64,000 nucleotides of DNA from the human T2T-CHM13v2.0 reference genome, Homo sapiens: assembly GCF_009914755.1 (NCBI RefSeq), contig NC_060940.1, one strand, 5' to 3'. Positions 1 through 12,400 of the stretch are shown one piece after another. The notes under the pieces were generated by a model, which saw only the letters and a program-made list of their open reading frames with translations, was not told the DNA's origin and ran no database searches. Position numbers and translations under genes: made by a program. How positions within the stretch are numbered: position 1 is the first letter of the stretch; each line of letters starts with the position of its first letter.

Positions 1-55
1 TTGGAAACACTCTGTTTGTAAAGTCTGCAAGTGGATATCTTGGCCTCTTAGAGGC

Positions 56-72
56 CTTCGTTGGAAACGGGT
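56..72 (+). promoter_or_regulatory. CENP-B box (first in window; box 1 of the HOR)
   Basis: CTTCGTTGGAAACGGGT matches NTTCGNNNNANNCGGGN. Boxes recur about every 340 bp throughout (56, 395, 735, 1075, 1415, 1755...). Confidence 0.95.
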
Positions 73-223
73 TTTTTCATGTAAGGTTAGACAGAGGAAT
101 TCCCAGTAACTTCCTTGTGTTGTGTGCATTCAACTCACAGAGTTGAATGATTCTTTACACAGAGCAGATTTGAGACACTCTTTTGGTGGAATTTGTAAGT
201 GGAGAATTCAGCTGCTTTGAGGT

Positions 224-240
224 CAACGGTAGAAAAGGAA
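224..240 (+). promoter_or_regulatory. pJalpha-like box of the alternate (A-type) monomer
   Basis: CAACGGTAGAAAAGGAA sits at the position homologous to the CENP-B box in alternate monomers and resembles the reverse complement of the pJalpha motif. It is more degenerate (CAAAAGCAG/CAAAGGCAG-AAAAGGAA) in two of the five dimers. Confidence 0.65.
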
Positions 241-394
241 ATATCTTCGTATAAAAACTAGACAGAATGATTCTCAGAAACTGTTTTGTGATGTGTGCGT
301 TGAACTCACAGAGTTTAACCTTTCTTTTCAAAGAGCAGTGAGGAAACACTCTGTTTGTAAAGTCTGCAAGTGGATATTCAGACCTCTTTGAGGC

Positions 395-411
395 CTTCGT
401 TGGAAACGGGA
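395..411 (+). promoter_or_regulatory. CENP-B box, canonical (box 2 of the HOR)
   Basis: CTTCGTTGGAAACGGGA, an exact match to YTTCGTTGGAARCGGGA. The same sequence is at 735-751 and 1075-1091; 1415-1431 ends in T. Confidence 0.97.
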
Positions 412-1647
412 TTTCTTCATATTATGCTAGACAGATGAATTCTCAGTAACTTCCTTGTGTTGTGTGTATTCAACTCACAGAGTTGAACGATCCTTTACAC
501 AGAGCAGATTTGAAACACTGTTTTTCTGGAATTTGCAAGTGGAGATTTCAGCCGCTTTGAGGTCAATGGTAGAAAAGGAAATATCTTCGTATAAAAACTA
601 GACAGAATGATTCTCAGAAACTCCTTTGTGATGTGTGCGTTCAACTCACAGAGTTTAACCTTTCTTTTCACAGAGCAGTTAGGAAACACTCTGTTTGTGA
701 AGCCTGCCAGTGGATATTCGGACCTCTTTGAGGCCTTCGTTGGAAACGGGATTTCTTCATATTATGCTAGACAAAAGATTTCTCAGTAACTTCTTTGTGT
801 TGTGTATATGCAACTCACAGAGTTCAACCTTCCTTTAGACAGAGCAGATTTGAAACACTCTTTTTGTGGAATTTGCAAGTGGAGATTTCAAGCGCTTCGA
901 TGCCAATGGTAGAAAAGGAAATATCTTCGTATAAAAACAAGACAAACTCGTTCCCAGACACTGCGTAGTGATGTGTGTGTTTAACTCACAGAGTTTCACC
1001 TTTCTTTTCATACAGCATTCTGGAAACCCTGTGTTTGTAAAGTCTGCAAGTGGATATTTGGACCTCTTAGATGCCTTCGTTGGAAACGGGATTTCTTCAT
1101 ATAATGCTAGAGGGAAGAATTCTTAGTAACTTCTTTGTGTTGTGTGTATTCAACTGACAGAGTTGAACCTTCCTTTAGACAGAGCAGATTTGAAAGTCTC
1201 TTTTTGTGGAATTTGCAAGTGGAGATTTCAAGCGCTTTGAGGCCAAAAGCAGAAAAGGAAATATTTTCCTATAAAAACTCGACAGAATCTTTCTCAGAAA
1301 CTGCTCTGGGATGTGTGCGTTCAACTCACAGAGTTTAACTTTTCTTTTCATTCAGCAGTTTGGAAACACTCTGTTTGGAAAGTCTGCACGTGGATATTTT
1401 GACCTCTTTGAGGCCTTCGTTGGAAACGGGTTTTTTTCATGTAAGGCTAGACAGAAGAAATCTCAGTAACTTCCTTGTGTTGTGTGTATTCAACTGACAG
1501 AGTTGAACCTTCCTTTAGACAGAGCAGATTCGAAACACTCTTTTTCTGCAATTTGCAAGTGGAGACTTCAAGCGCTTTGAGGCCAAAGGCAGAAAAGGAA
1601 ATATCTTCGTATAAAAACCCGACAGAATCATTCTCAGAAACTGCTCT

Positions 1648-3346
1648 GTGATGTGTGCGTTCAACTCACAGAGTTTAACTTTTCTTTTCATTCAGCAGTT
1701 TGGAAACACTCTGTTTGTAAAGTCTGCAAGTGGATATCTTGGCCTCTTAGAGGCCTTCGTTGGAAACGGGTTTTTTCATGTAAGGTTAGACAGAGGAATT
1801 CCCAGTAACTTCCTTGTGTTGTGTGCATTCAACTCACAGAGTTGAATGATTCTTTACACAGAGCAGATTTGAGACACTCTTTTGGTGGAATTTGTAAGTG
1901 GAGAATTCAGCTGCTTTGAGGTCAACGGTAGAAAAGGAAATATCTTCGTATAAAAACTAGACAGAATGATTCTCAGAAACTGTTTTGTGATGTGTGCGTT
2001 CAACTCACAGAGTTTAACCTTTCTTTTCAAAGAGCAGTTAGGAAACACTCTGTTTGTAAAGTCTGCAAGTGGATATTCAGACCTCTTTGAGGCCTTCGTT
2101 GGAAACGGGATTTCTTCATATTATGCTAGACAGATGAATTCTCAGTAACTTCCTTGTGTTGTGTGTATTCAACTCACAGAGTTGAACGATCCTTTACACA
2201 GAGCAGATTTGAAACACTGTTTTTCTGGAATTTGCAAGTGGAGATTTCAGCCGCTTTGAGGTCAATGGTAGAAAAGGAAATATCTTCGTATAAAAACTAG
2301 ACAGAATGATTCTCAGAAACTCCTTTGTGATGTGTGCGTTCAACTCACAGAGTTTAACCTTTCTTTTCACAGAGCAGTTAGGAAACACTCTGTTTGTGAA
2401 GCCTGCCAGTGGATATTCGGACCTCTTTGAGGCCTTCGTTGGAAACGGGATTTCTTCATATTATGCTAGACAAAAGATTTCTCAGTAACTTCTTTGTGTT
2501 GTGTATATGCAACTCACAGAGTTCAACCTTCCTTTAGACAGAGCAGATTTGAAACACTCTTTTTGTGGAATTTGCAAGTGGAGATTTCAAGCGCTTCGAT
2601 GCCAATGGTAGAAAAGGAAATATCTTCGTATAAAAACAAGACAAACTCGTTCCCAGACACTGCGTAGTGATGTGTGTGTTTAACTCACAGAGTTTCACCT
2701 TTCTTTTCATACAGCATTCTGGAAACCCTGTGTTTGTAAAGTCTGCAAGTGGATATTTGGACCTCTTAGATGCCTTCGTTGGAAACGGGATTTCTTCATA
2801 TAATGCTAGAGGGAAGAATTCTTAGTAACTTCTTTGTGTTGTGTGTATTCAACTGACAGAGTTGAACCTTCCTTTAGACAGAGCAGATTTGAAAGTCTCT
2901 TTTTGTGGAATTTGCAAGTGGAGATTTCAAGCGCTTTGAGGCCAAAAGCAGAAAAGGAAATATTTTCCTATAAAAACTCGACAGAATCTTTCTCAGAAAC
3001 TGCTCTGGGATGTGTGCGTTCAACTCACAGAGTTTAACTTTTCTTTTCATTCAGCAGTTTGGAAACACTCTGTTTGGAAAGTCTGCACGTGGATATTTTG
3101 ACCTCTTTGAGGCCTTCGTTGGAAACGGGTTTTTTTCATGTAAGGCTAGACAGAAGAAATCTCAGTAACTTCCTTGTGTTGTGTGTATTCAACTGACAGA
3201 GTTGAACCTTCCTTTAGACAGAGCAGATTCGAAACACTCTTTTTCTGCAATTTGCAAGTGGAGACTTCAAGCGCTTTGAGGCCAAAGGCAGAAAAGGAAA
3301 TATCTTCGTATAAAAACCCGACAGAATCATTCTCAGAAACTGCTCT
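1648..3346 (+). repeat. Representative canonical 10-mer HOR unit (1,699 bp; 5 dimers; arbitrary register)
   Basis: Using the recurring 'MMCAFNSQ..IQQFGN' frame start as an anchor gives 29 complete intervals of 1,695-1,699 bp, plus near-complete/partial units at the window ends. CENP-B box spacing of 339+340+340+340+340 sums to 1,699. I saw one GATC per unit (e.g. 489-492). Confidence 0.97.
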
Positions 3347-5045
3347 GTGATGTGTGCGTTCAACTCACAGAGTTTAACTTTTCTTTTCATTCAGCAGTTT
3401 GGAAACACTCTGTTTGTAAAGTCTGCAAGTGGATATCTTGGCCTCTTAGAGGCCTTCGTTGGAAACGCGTTTTTTCATGTAAGGTTAGACAGAGGAATTC
3501 CCAGTAACTTCCTTGTGTTGTGTGCATTCAACTCACAGAGTTGAATGATTCTTTACACAGAGCAGATTTGAGACACACTTTTGGTGGAATTTGTAAGTGG
3601 AGAATTCAGCCGCTTTGAGGTCAACGGTAGAAAAGGAAATATCTTCGTATAAAAACTAGAAAGAATGATTCTCAGAAACTGTTTTGTGATGTGTGCGTTC
3701 AACTCACAGAGTTTAACCTTTCTTTTCAAAGAGCAGTTAGGAAACACTCTGTTTGTAAAGTCTACAAGTGGATATTCAGACCTCTTTGAAGCCTTCGTTG
3801 GAAACGGGATTTCATCATATTATGCTAGACAGATGAATTCTCAGTAACTTCCTTGTGTTGTGTGTATTCAACTCACAGAGTTGAACGATCCTTTACACAG
3901 AGCAGATTTGAAACACTGTTTTTCTGGAATTTGCAAGTGGAGATTTCAGCCGCTTTGAGGTCAATGGTAGAAAAGGAAATATCTTCGTATAAAAACTGGA
4001 CAGAATGATTCTCAGAAACTCCTTTGTGATGTGTGCGTTCAACTCACAGAGTTTAACCTTTCTTTTCACAGAGCAGTTAGGAAACACTCTGTTTGTGAAG
4101 CCTGCCAGTGGATATTCGGACCTCTTTGAGGCCTTCGTTGGAAACGGGATTTCTTCATATTTTGCTAGACAGAAGATTTCTCAGTAACTTCTTTGTGTTG
4201 TGTGTATGCAACTCACAGAGTTCAACCTTCCTTTAGACAGAGCAGATTTGAAACACTCTTTTTGTGGAATTTGCAAGTGGAGATTTCAAGCGCTTCGATG
4301 CCAATGGTAGAAAAGGAAATATCTTCGTATAAAAACAAGACAAACTCGTTCCCAGACACTGCGTAGTGATGTGTGTGTTTAACTCACAGAGTTTAACCTT
4401 TCTTCTCATACAGCATTCTGGAAACCCTCTGTTTGTAAAGTCTGCAAGTGGATATTTGGACCTCTTAGATGCCTTCGTTGGAAACGGGATTTCCTCATAT
4501 AATGCTAGAGGGAAGAATTCTTAGTAACTTCTTTGTGTTGTGTGTATTCAACTGACAGAGTTGAACCTTCCTTTAGACAGAGCAGATTTGAAAGTCTCTT
4601 TTTGTGGAATTTGCAAGTGGAGATTTCAAGCGCTTTGAGGCCAAAAGCAGAAAAGGAAATATTTTCCTATAAAAACTCGACACAATCTTTCTCAGAAACT
4701 GCTCTGGGATGTGTGCGTTCAACTCACAGAGTTTAACTTTTCTTTTCATTCAGCAGTTTGGAAACACTCTGTTTGGAAAGTCTGCACGTGGATATTTTGA
4801 CCTCTTTGAGGCCTTCGTTGGAAACGGGTTTTTTTCATGTAAGGCTAGACAGAAGAAATCTCAGTAACTTCCTTGTGTTGTGTGTATTCAACTGACAGAG
4901 TTGAACCTTCCTTTAGACAGAGCAGATTCGAAACGCTCTTTTTCTGCAATTTGCAAGTGGAGACTTCAAGCGCTTTGAGGCCAAAGGCAGAAAAGGAAAT
5001 ATCTTCGTATAAAAACCCGACAGAATCATTCTCAGAAACTGCTCT

Positions 5046-6059
5046 GTGATGTGTGCGTTCAACTCACAGAGTTTAACTTTTCTTTTCATTCAGCAGTTTG
5101 GAAACACTCTGTTTGTAAAGTCTGCAAGTGGATATCTTGGCCTCTTAGAGGCCTTCGTTGGAAACGGGTTTTTTCATGTAAGGTTAGACAGAGGAATTCC
5201 CAGTAACTTCCTTGTGTTGTGTGCATTCAACTCACAGAGTTGAATGATTCTTTACACAGAGCAGATTTGAGACACTCTTTGGGTGGAATTTGTAAGTGGA
5301 GAATTCAGCCGCTTTGAGGTCAACGGTAGAAAAGGAAATATCTTCGTATAAAAACTAGACAGAATGATTCTCAGAAACTGTTTTGTGATGTGTGCGTTCA
5401 ACTCACAGAGTTTAACCTTTCTTTTCAAAGAGCAGTTAGGAAACACTCTGTAAAGTCTGCAAGTGGATATTCAGACCTCTTTGAGGCCTTCGTTGGAAAC
5501 GGGATTTCTTCATATAATGCTAGAGGGAAGAATTCTTAGTAACTTCTTTGTGTTGTGTGTATTCAACTGACAGAGTTGAACCTTCCTTTAGACAGAGCAG
5601 ATTTGAAAGTCTCTTTTTGGGGAATTTGCAAGTGGAGATTTCAAGCACTTTGAGGCCAAAAGCAGAAAAGGAAATATTTTCCTATAAAAACTAGAGAGAA
5701 TCATTCTCAGAAACTGCTCTGTGATGTGTGTGTTCAACTCACAGAGTTTAACTTTCTTTTCATTCAGCAGTTTGGAAACACTCTGTTTGGAAAGTCTGCA
5801 CGTGGATATTTTGACCTCTTTGAGGCCTTCGTTGGAAACGGGTTTTTTTCATGTAAGGCTAGACAGAAGAAATCTCAGTAACTTCCTTGTGTTGTGTGTA
5901 TTCAACTGACAGAGTTGAACCTTCCTTTAGACAGAGCAGATTCGAAACGCTCTTTTTCTGCAATTTGCAAGTGGAGACTTCAAGCGCTTTGAGGCCAAAG
6001 GCAGAAAAGGAAATATCTTCGTATAAAAACCCGACAGAATCATTCTCAGAAACTGCTCT
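5046..6059 (+). repeat. 6-mer HOR deletion variant (1,014 bp), first copy
   Basis: Anchor interval is 1,014 = 1,699 - 680 (two dimers) - 4 (CTCTGTTTGTAAAG>CTCTGTAAAG) - 1 (AACTTTTCTTTT>AACTTTCTTTT). Copies start at 5046, 14876, 17589, 22001, 57625 and 62034 (1,014 bp). Copies at 9456, 12166, 45090, 49495, 52205 and 54915 are 1,013 bp (extra GGCCAAAGGC>GGCCAAGGC). Confidence 0.96.
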
Positions 6060-9000
6060 GTGATGTGTGCGTTCAACTCACAGATTTTAACTTTTCTTTT
6101 CATTCAGCAGTTTGGAAACACTCTGTTTGTAAAGTCTGCAAGTGGATATCTTGGCCTCTTAGAGGCCTTCGTTGGAAACGCGTTTTTTCATGTAAGGTTA
6201 GACAGAGGAATTCCCAGTAACTTCCTTGTGTTGTGTGCATTCAACTCACAGAGTTGAATGATTCTTTACACAGAGCAGATTTGAGACACACTTTTGGTGG
6301 AATTTGTAAGTGGAGAATTCAGCCGCTTTGAGGTCAACGGTAGAAAAGGAAATATCTTCGTATAAAAACTAGAAAGAATGATTCTCAGAAACTGTTTTGT
6401 GATGTGTGCGTTCAACTCACAGAGTTTAACCTTTCTTTTCAGAGAGCAGTTAGGAAACACTCTGTTTGTAAAGTCTGCAAGTGGATATTCAGACCTCTTT
6501 GAAGCCTTCGTTGGAAACGGGATTTCATCATATTATGCTAGACAGATGAATTCTCAGTAACTTCCTTGTGTTGTGTGTATTCAACTCACAGAGTTGAACG
6601 ATCCTTTACACAGAGCAGATTTGAAACACTGTTTTTCTGGAATTTGCAAGTGGAGATTTCAGCCGCTTTGAGGTCAATGGTAGAAAAGGAAATATCTTCG
6701 TATAAAAACTGGACAGAATGATTCTCAGAAACTCCTTTGTGATGTGTGCGTTCAACTCACAGAGTTTAACCTTTCTTTTCACAGAGCAGTTAGGAAACAC
6801 TCTGTTTGTGAAGCCTGCCAGTGGATATTCGGACCTCTTTGAGGCCTTCGTTGGAAACGGGATTTCTTCATATTTTGCAAGACAGAAGATTTCTCAGTAA
6901 CTTCTTTGTGTTGTGTGTATGCAACTCACAGAGTTCAACCTTCCTTTAGACAGAGCAGATTTGAAACACTCTTTTTGTGGAATTTGCAAGTGGAAATTTC
7001 AAGCGCATCGATGCCAATGGTAGAAAAGGAAATATCTTCGTATAAAAACAAGACAAACTCGTTCCCAGACACTGCGTAGTGATGTGTGTGTTTAACTCAC
7101 AGAGTTTAACCTTTCTTTTCATACAGCATTCTGGAAACCCTGTGTTTGTAAAGTCTGCAAGTGGATATTTGGACCTCTTAGATGCCTTCGTTGGAAACGG
7201 GATTTCTTCATATAATGCTAGAGGGAAGAATTCTTAGTAACTTCTTTGTGTTGTGTGTATTCAACTGACAGAGTTGAACCTTCCTTTAGACAGAGCAGAT
7301 TTGAAAGTCTCTTTTTGTGGAATTTGCAAGTGGAGATTTCAAGCGCTTTGAGGCCAAAAGCAGAAAAGGAAATATTTTCCTATAAAAACTCGACAGAATC
7401 ATTCTCAGAAACTGCTCTGTGATGTGTGCGTTCAACTCACAGAGTTTAACTTTTCTTTTCATTCAGCAGTTTGGAAACACTGTTTGGAAAGTCTGCACGT
7501 GGATATTTTGACCTCTTTGAGGCCTTCGTTGGAAACGGGTTTTTTTCATGTAAGGCTAGACAGAAGAAATCTCAGTAACTTCCTTGTGTTGTGTGTATTC
7601 AACTGACAGAGTTGAACCTTCCTTTAGACAGAGCAGATTCGAAACACTCTTTTTCTGCAATTTGCAAGTGGAGACTTCAAGCGCTTTGAGGCCAAAGGCA
7701 GAAAAGGAAATATCTTCGTATAAAAACCCGACAGAATCATTCTCAGAAACTGCTCTGTGATGTGTGCGTTCAACTCACAGAGTTTAACTTTTCTTTTCAT
7801 TCAGCAGTTTGGAAACACTCTGTTTGTAAAGTCTGCAAGTGGATATCTTGGCCTCTTAGAGGCCTTCGTTGGAAACGGGTTTTTTCATGTAAGGATAGAC
7901 AGAGGAATTCCCAGTAACTTCCTTGTGTTGTGTGCATTCAACTCACAGAGTTGAATGATTCTTTACACAGAGCAGATTTGAGACACTCTTTGGGTGGAAT
8001 TTGTAAGTCGAGAATTCAGCCGCTTTGAGGTCAACGGTAGAAAAGGAAATATCTTCGTATAAAAACTAGACAGAATGATTCTCAGAAACTGTTTTGTGAT
8101 GTGTGCGTTCAACTCACAGAGTTTTACCTTTCTTTTCAGAGAGCAGTTAGGAAACACTCTGTTTGTAAAGTCTGCAAGTGGATATTCAGACCTCTTTGAG
8201 GCCTTCGTTGGAAACGGGATTTCTTCATATTATGCTAGACAGATGAATTCTCAGTAACTTCCTTGTGTTGTGTGTATTCAACTCACAGAGTTGAACGATC
8301 CTTTACACAGAGCAGATTTGAAACACTGTTTTTCTGGAATTTGCAAGTGGAGATTTCAGCCGCTTTGAGGTCAATGGTAGAAAAGGAAATATCTTCGTAT
8401 AAAAACTAGACAGAATGATTCTCAGAAACTCCTTTGTGATGTGTGCGTTCAACTCACAGAGTTTAACCTTTCTTTTCACAGAGCAGTTAGGAAACACTCT
8501 GTTTGTGAAGCCTGCCAGTGGATATTCGGACCTCTTTGAGGCCTTCGTTGGAAACGGGATTTCTTCATATTATGCTAGACAGAAGATTTCTCAGTAACTA
8601 CTTTGTGTTGTGTGTATGCAACTCACAGAGTTCAACCTTCCTTTAGACAGAGCAGATTTGAAACACTCTTTTTGTGGAATTTGCAAGTGGAGATTTCAAG
8701 CGCTTCGATGCCAATGGTAGAAAAGGAAATATCTTCGTATAAAAACAAGACAAACTCGTTCCCAGACACTGCGTAGTGATGTGTGTGTTTAACTCACAGA
8801 GTTTCACCTTTCTTTTCATACAGCATTCTGGAAACCCTGTGTTTGTAAAGTCTGCAAGTGGATATTTGGACCTCTTAGATGCCTTCGTTGGAAACGGGAT
8901 TTCTTCATATAATGCTAGAGGGAAGAATTCTTAGTAACTTCTTTGTGTTGTGTGTATTCAACTGACAGAGTTGAACCTTCCTTTAGACAGAGCAGATTTG

Positions 9001-9455
9001 AAAGTCTCTTTTTGTGGAATTTGCAAGTGGAGATTTCAAGCGCTTTGAGGCCAAAAGCAGAAAAGGAAATATTTTCCTATAAAAACTCGACAGAATCTTT
9101 CTCAGAAACTGCTCTGGGATGTGTGCGTTCAACTCACAGAGTTTAACTTTTCTTTCCATTCAGCACTTTGGAAACACTCTGTTTGGAAAGTCTGCACGTG
9201 GATATTTTGACCTCTTTGAGGCCTTCGTTGGAAACGGGTTTTTTTCATGTAAGGCTAGACAGAAGAAATCTCAGTAACTTCCTTGTGTTGTGTGTATTCA
9301 ACTGACAGAGTTGAACCTTCCTTTAGACAGAGCAGATTCGAAACACTCTTTTTCTGCAATTTGCAAGTGGAGACTTCAAGCGCTTTGAGGCCAAAGGCAG
9401 AAAAGGAAATATCTTCGTATAAAAACCCGACAGAATCATTCTCAGAAACTGCTCT

Positions 9456-12400
9456 GGGATGTGTGCGTTCAACTCACAGAGTTTAACTTTTCTTTTCATT
9501 CAGCAGTTTGGAAACACTCTGTTTGTAACGTCTGCAAGTGGATATCTTGGCCTCTTAGAGGCCTTCGTTGGAAACGGGTTTTTTCATGTAAGGTTAGACA
9601 GAGGAATTCCCAGTAACTTCCTTGTGTTGTGTGCATTCAACTCACAGAGTTGAATGATTCTTTACACAGAGCAGATTTGAGACACTCTTTGGGTGGAATT
9701 TGTAAGTGGAGAATTCAGCCGCTTTGAGGTCAACGGTAGAAAAGGAAATACCTTCGTATAAAAACTAGACAGAATGATTCTCAGAAACTGTTTTGTGATG
9801 TGTGCGTTCAACTCACAGAGTTTAACCTTTCTTTTCAAAGAGCAGTTAGGAAACACTCTGTAAAGTCTGCAAGTGGATATTCAGACCTCTTTGAGGCCTT
9901 CGTTGGAAACGGGATTTCTTCATATAATGCTAGAGGGAAGAATTCTTAGTAACTTCTTTGTGTTGTGTGTATTCAACTGACAGAGTTGAACCTTCCTTTA
10001 GACAGAGCAGATTTGAAAGTCTCTTTTTGTGGAATTTGCAAGTGGAGATTTCAAGCGCTTTGAGGCCAAAAGCAGAAAAGGAAATATTTTCCTATAAAAA
10101 CTAGAGAGAATCATTCTCAGAAACTGCTCTGTGATGTGTGTGTTCAACTCACAGAGTTTAACTTTCTTTTCATTCAGCAGTTTGGAAACACTCTGTTTGG
10201 AAAGTCTGCACGTGGATATTTTGACCTCTTTGAGGCCTTCGTTGGAAACGGGTTTTTTTCATGTAAGGCTAGACAGAAGAAATCTCAGTAACTTCCTTGT
10301 GTTGTGTGTATTTAACTGACAGAGTTGAACCTTCCTTTAGACAGAGCAGATTCGAAACACTCTTTTTCTGCAATTTGCAAGTGGAGACTTCAAGCGCTTT
10401 GAGGCCAAGGCAGAAAAGGAAATATCTTCGTATAAAAACCCGACAGAATCATTCTCAGAAACTGCTCTGTGATGTGTGCGTTCAACTCACAGAGTTTAAC
10501 TTTTCTTTTCATTCAGCAGTTTGGAAACACTCTGTTTGTAAAGTCTGCAAGTGGATATCTTGGCCTCTTAGAGGCCTTCGTTGGAAACGCGTTTTTTCAT
10601 GTAAGGTTAGACAGAGGAATTCCCAGTAACTTCCTTGTGTTGTGTGCATTCAACTCACAGAGTTGAATGATTCTTTACACAGAGCAGATTTGAGACACAC
10701 TTTTGGTGGAATTTGTAAGTGGAGAATTCAGCCGCTTTGAGGTCAACGGTAGAAAAGGAAATATCTTCGTATAAAAACTAGAAAGAATGATTCTCAGAAA
10801 CTGTTTTGTGATGTGTGCGTTCAACTCACAGAGTTTAACCTTTCTTTTCAAAGAGCAGTTAGGAAACACTCTGTTTGTAAAGTCTGCAAGTGGATATTCA
10901 GACCTCTTTGAAGCCTTCGTTGGAAACGGGATTTCATCATATTATGCTAGACAGATGAATTCTCAGTAACTTCCTTGTGTTGTGTGTATTCAACTCACAG
11001 AGTTGAACGATCCTTTACACAGAGCAGATTTGAAACACTTTTTCTGGAATTTGCAAGTGGAGATTTCAGCCGCTTTGAGGTCAATGGTAGAAAAGGAAAT
11101 ATCTTCGTATAAAAACTGGACAGAATGATTCTCAGAAACTCCTTTGTGATGTGTGCGTTCAACTCACAGAGTTTAACCTTTCTTTTCACAGAGCAGTTAG
11201 GAAACACTCTGTTTGTGAAGCCTGCCAGTGGATATTCGGACCTCTTTGAGGCCTTCGTTGGAAACGGGATTTCTTCATATTTTGCCAGACAGAAGATTTC
11301 TCAGTAACTTCTTTGTGTTGTGTGTATGCAACTCACAGAGTTCAACCTTCCTTTAGACAGAGCAGATTTGAAACACTCTTTTTGTGGAATTTGCAAGTGG
11401 AAATTTCAAGCGCATCGATGCCAATGGTAGAAAAGGAAATATCTTCGTATAAAAACAAGACAAACTCGTTCCCAGACACTGCGTAGTGATGTGTGTGTTT
11501 AACTCACAGAGTTTAACCTTTCTTTTCATACAGCATTCTGGAAACCCTCTGTTTGTAAAGTCTGCAAGTGGATATTTGGACCTCTTAGATGCCTTCGTTG
11601 GAAACGGGATTTCCTCATATAATGCTAGAGGGAAGAATTCTTAGTAACTTCTTTGTGTTGTGTGTATTCAACTGACAGAGTTGAACCTTCCTTTAGACAG
11701 AGCAGATTTGAAAGTCTCTTTTTGTGGAATTTGCAAGTGGAGATTTCAAGCGCTTTGAGGCCAAAAGCAGAAAAGGAAATATTTTCCTATAAAAACTAGA
11801 CAGAATCTTTCTCAGAAACTGCTCTGGGATGTGTGCGTTCAACTCACAGAGTTTAACTTTTCTTTTCATTCAGCAGTTTGGAAACACTCTGTTTGGAAAG
11901 TCTGCACGTGGATATTTTGACCTCTTTGAGGCCTTCGTTGGAAACGGGTGTTTTTCATGTAAGGCTAGACAGAAGAAATCTCAGTAACTTCCTTGTGTTG
12001 TGTGTATTCAACTGACAGAGTTGAACCTTCCTTTAGACAGAGCAGATTCGAAACACTCTTTTTCTGCAATTTGCAAGTGGAGACTTCAAGCGCTTTGAGG
12101 CCAAAGGCAGAAAAGGATATATCTTCGTATAAAAACCCGACAGAATCATTCTCAGAAACTGCTCTGTGATGTGTGCGTTCAACTCACAGAGTTTAACTTT
12201 TCTTTTCATTCAGCAGTTTGGAAACACTCTGTTTGTAAAGTCTGCAAGTGGATATCTTGGCCTCTTAGAGGCCTTCGTTGGAAACGGGTTTTTTCATGTA
12301 AGGTTAGACAGAGGAATTCCCAGTAACTTCCTTGTGTTGTGTGCATTCAACTCACAGAGTTGAATGATTCTTTACACAGAGCAGATTTGAGACACTCTTT

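Noticed and set aside
1261-1400. TATAAAA and CACGTG (E-box) motifs as promoter elements
   Set aside because: These are short motifs embedded in every HOR copy, with no sequence evidence for a transcription unit.
10297-10629. 110-aa ORF (six copies) with a basic KRK-like stretch
   Set aside because: It is created by the 1-bp deletion GGCCAAAGGC>GGCCAAGGC fusing two chance frames, and is useful only as a subtype B marker.
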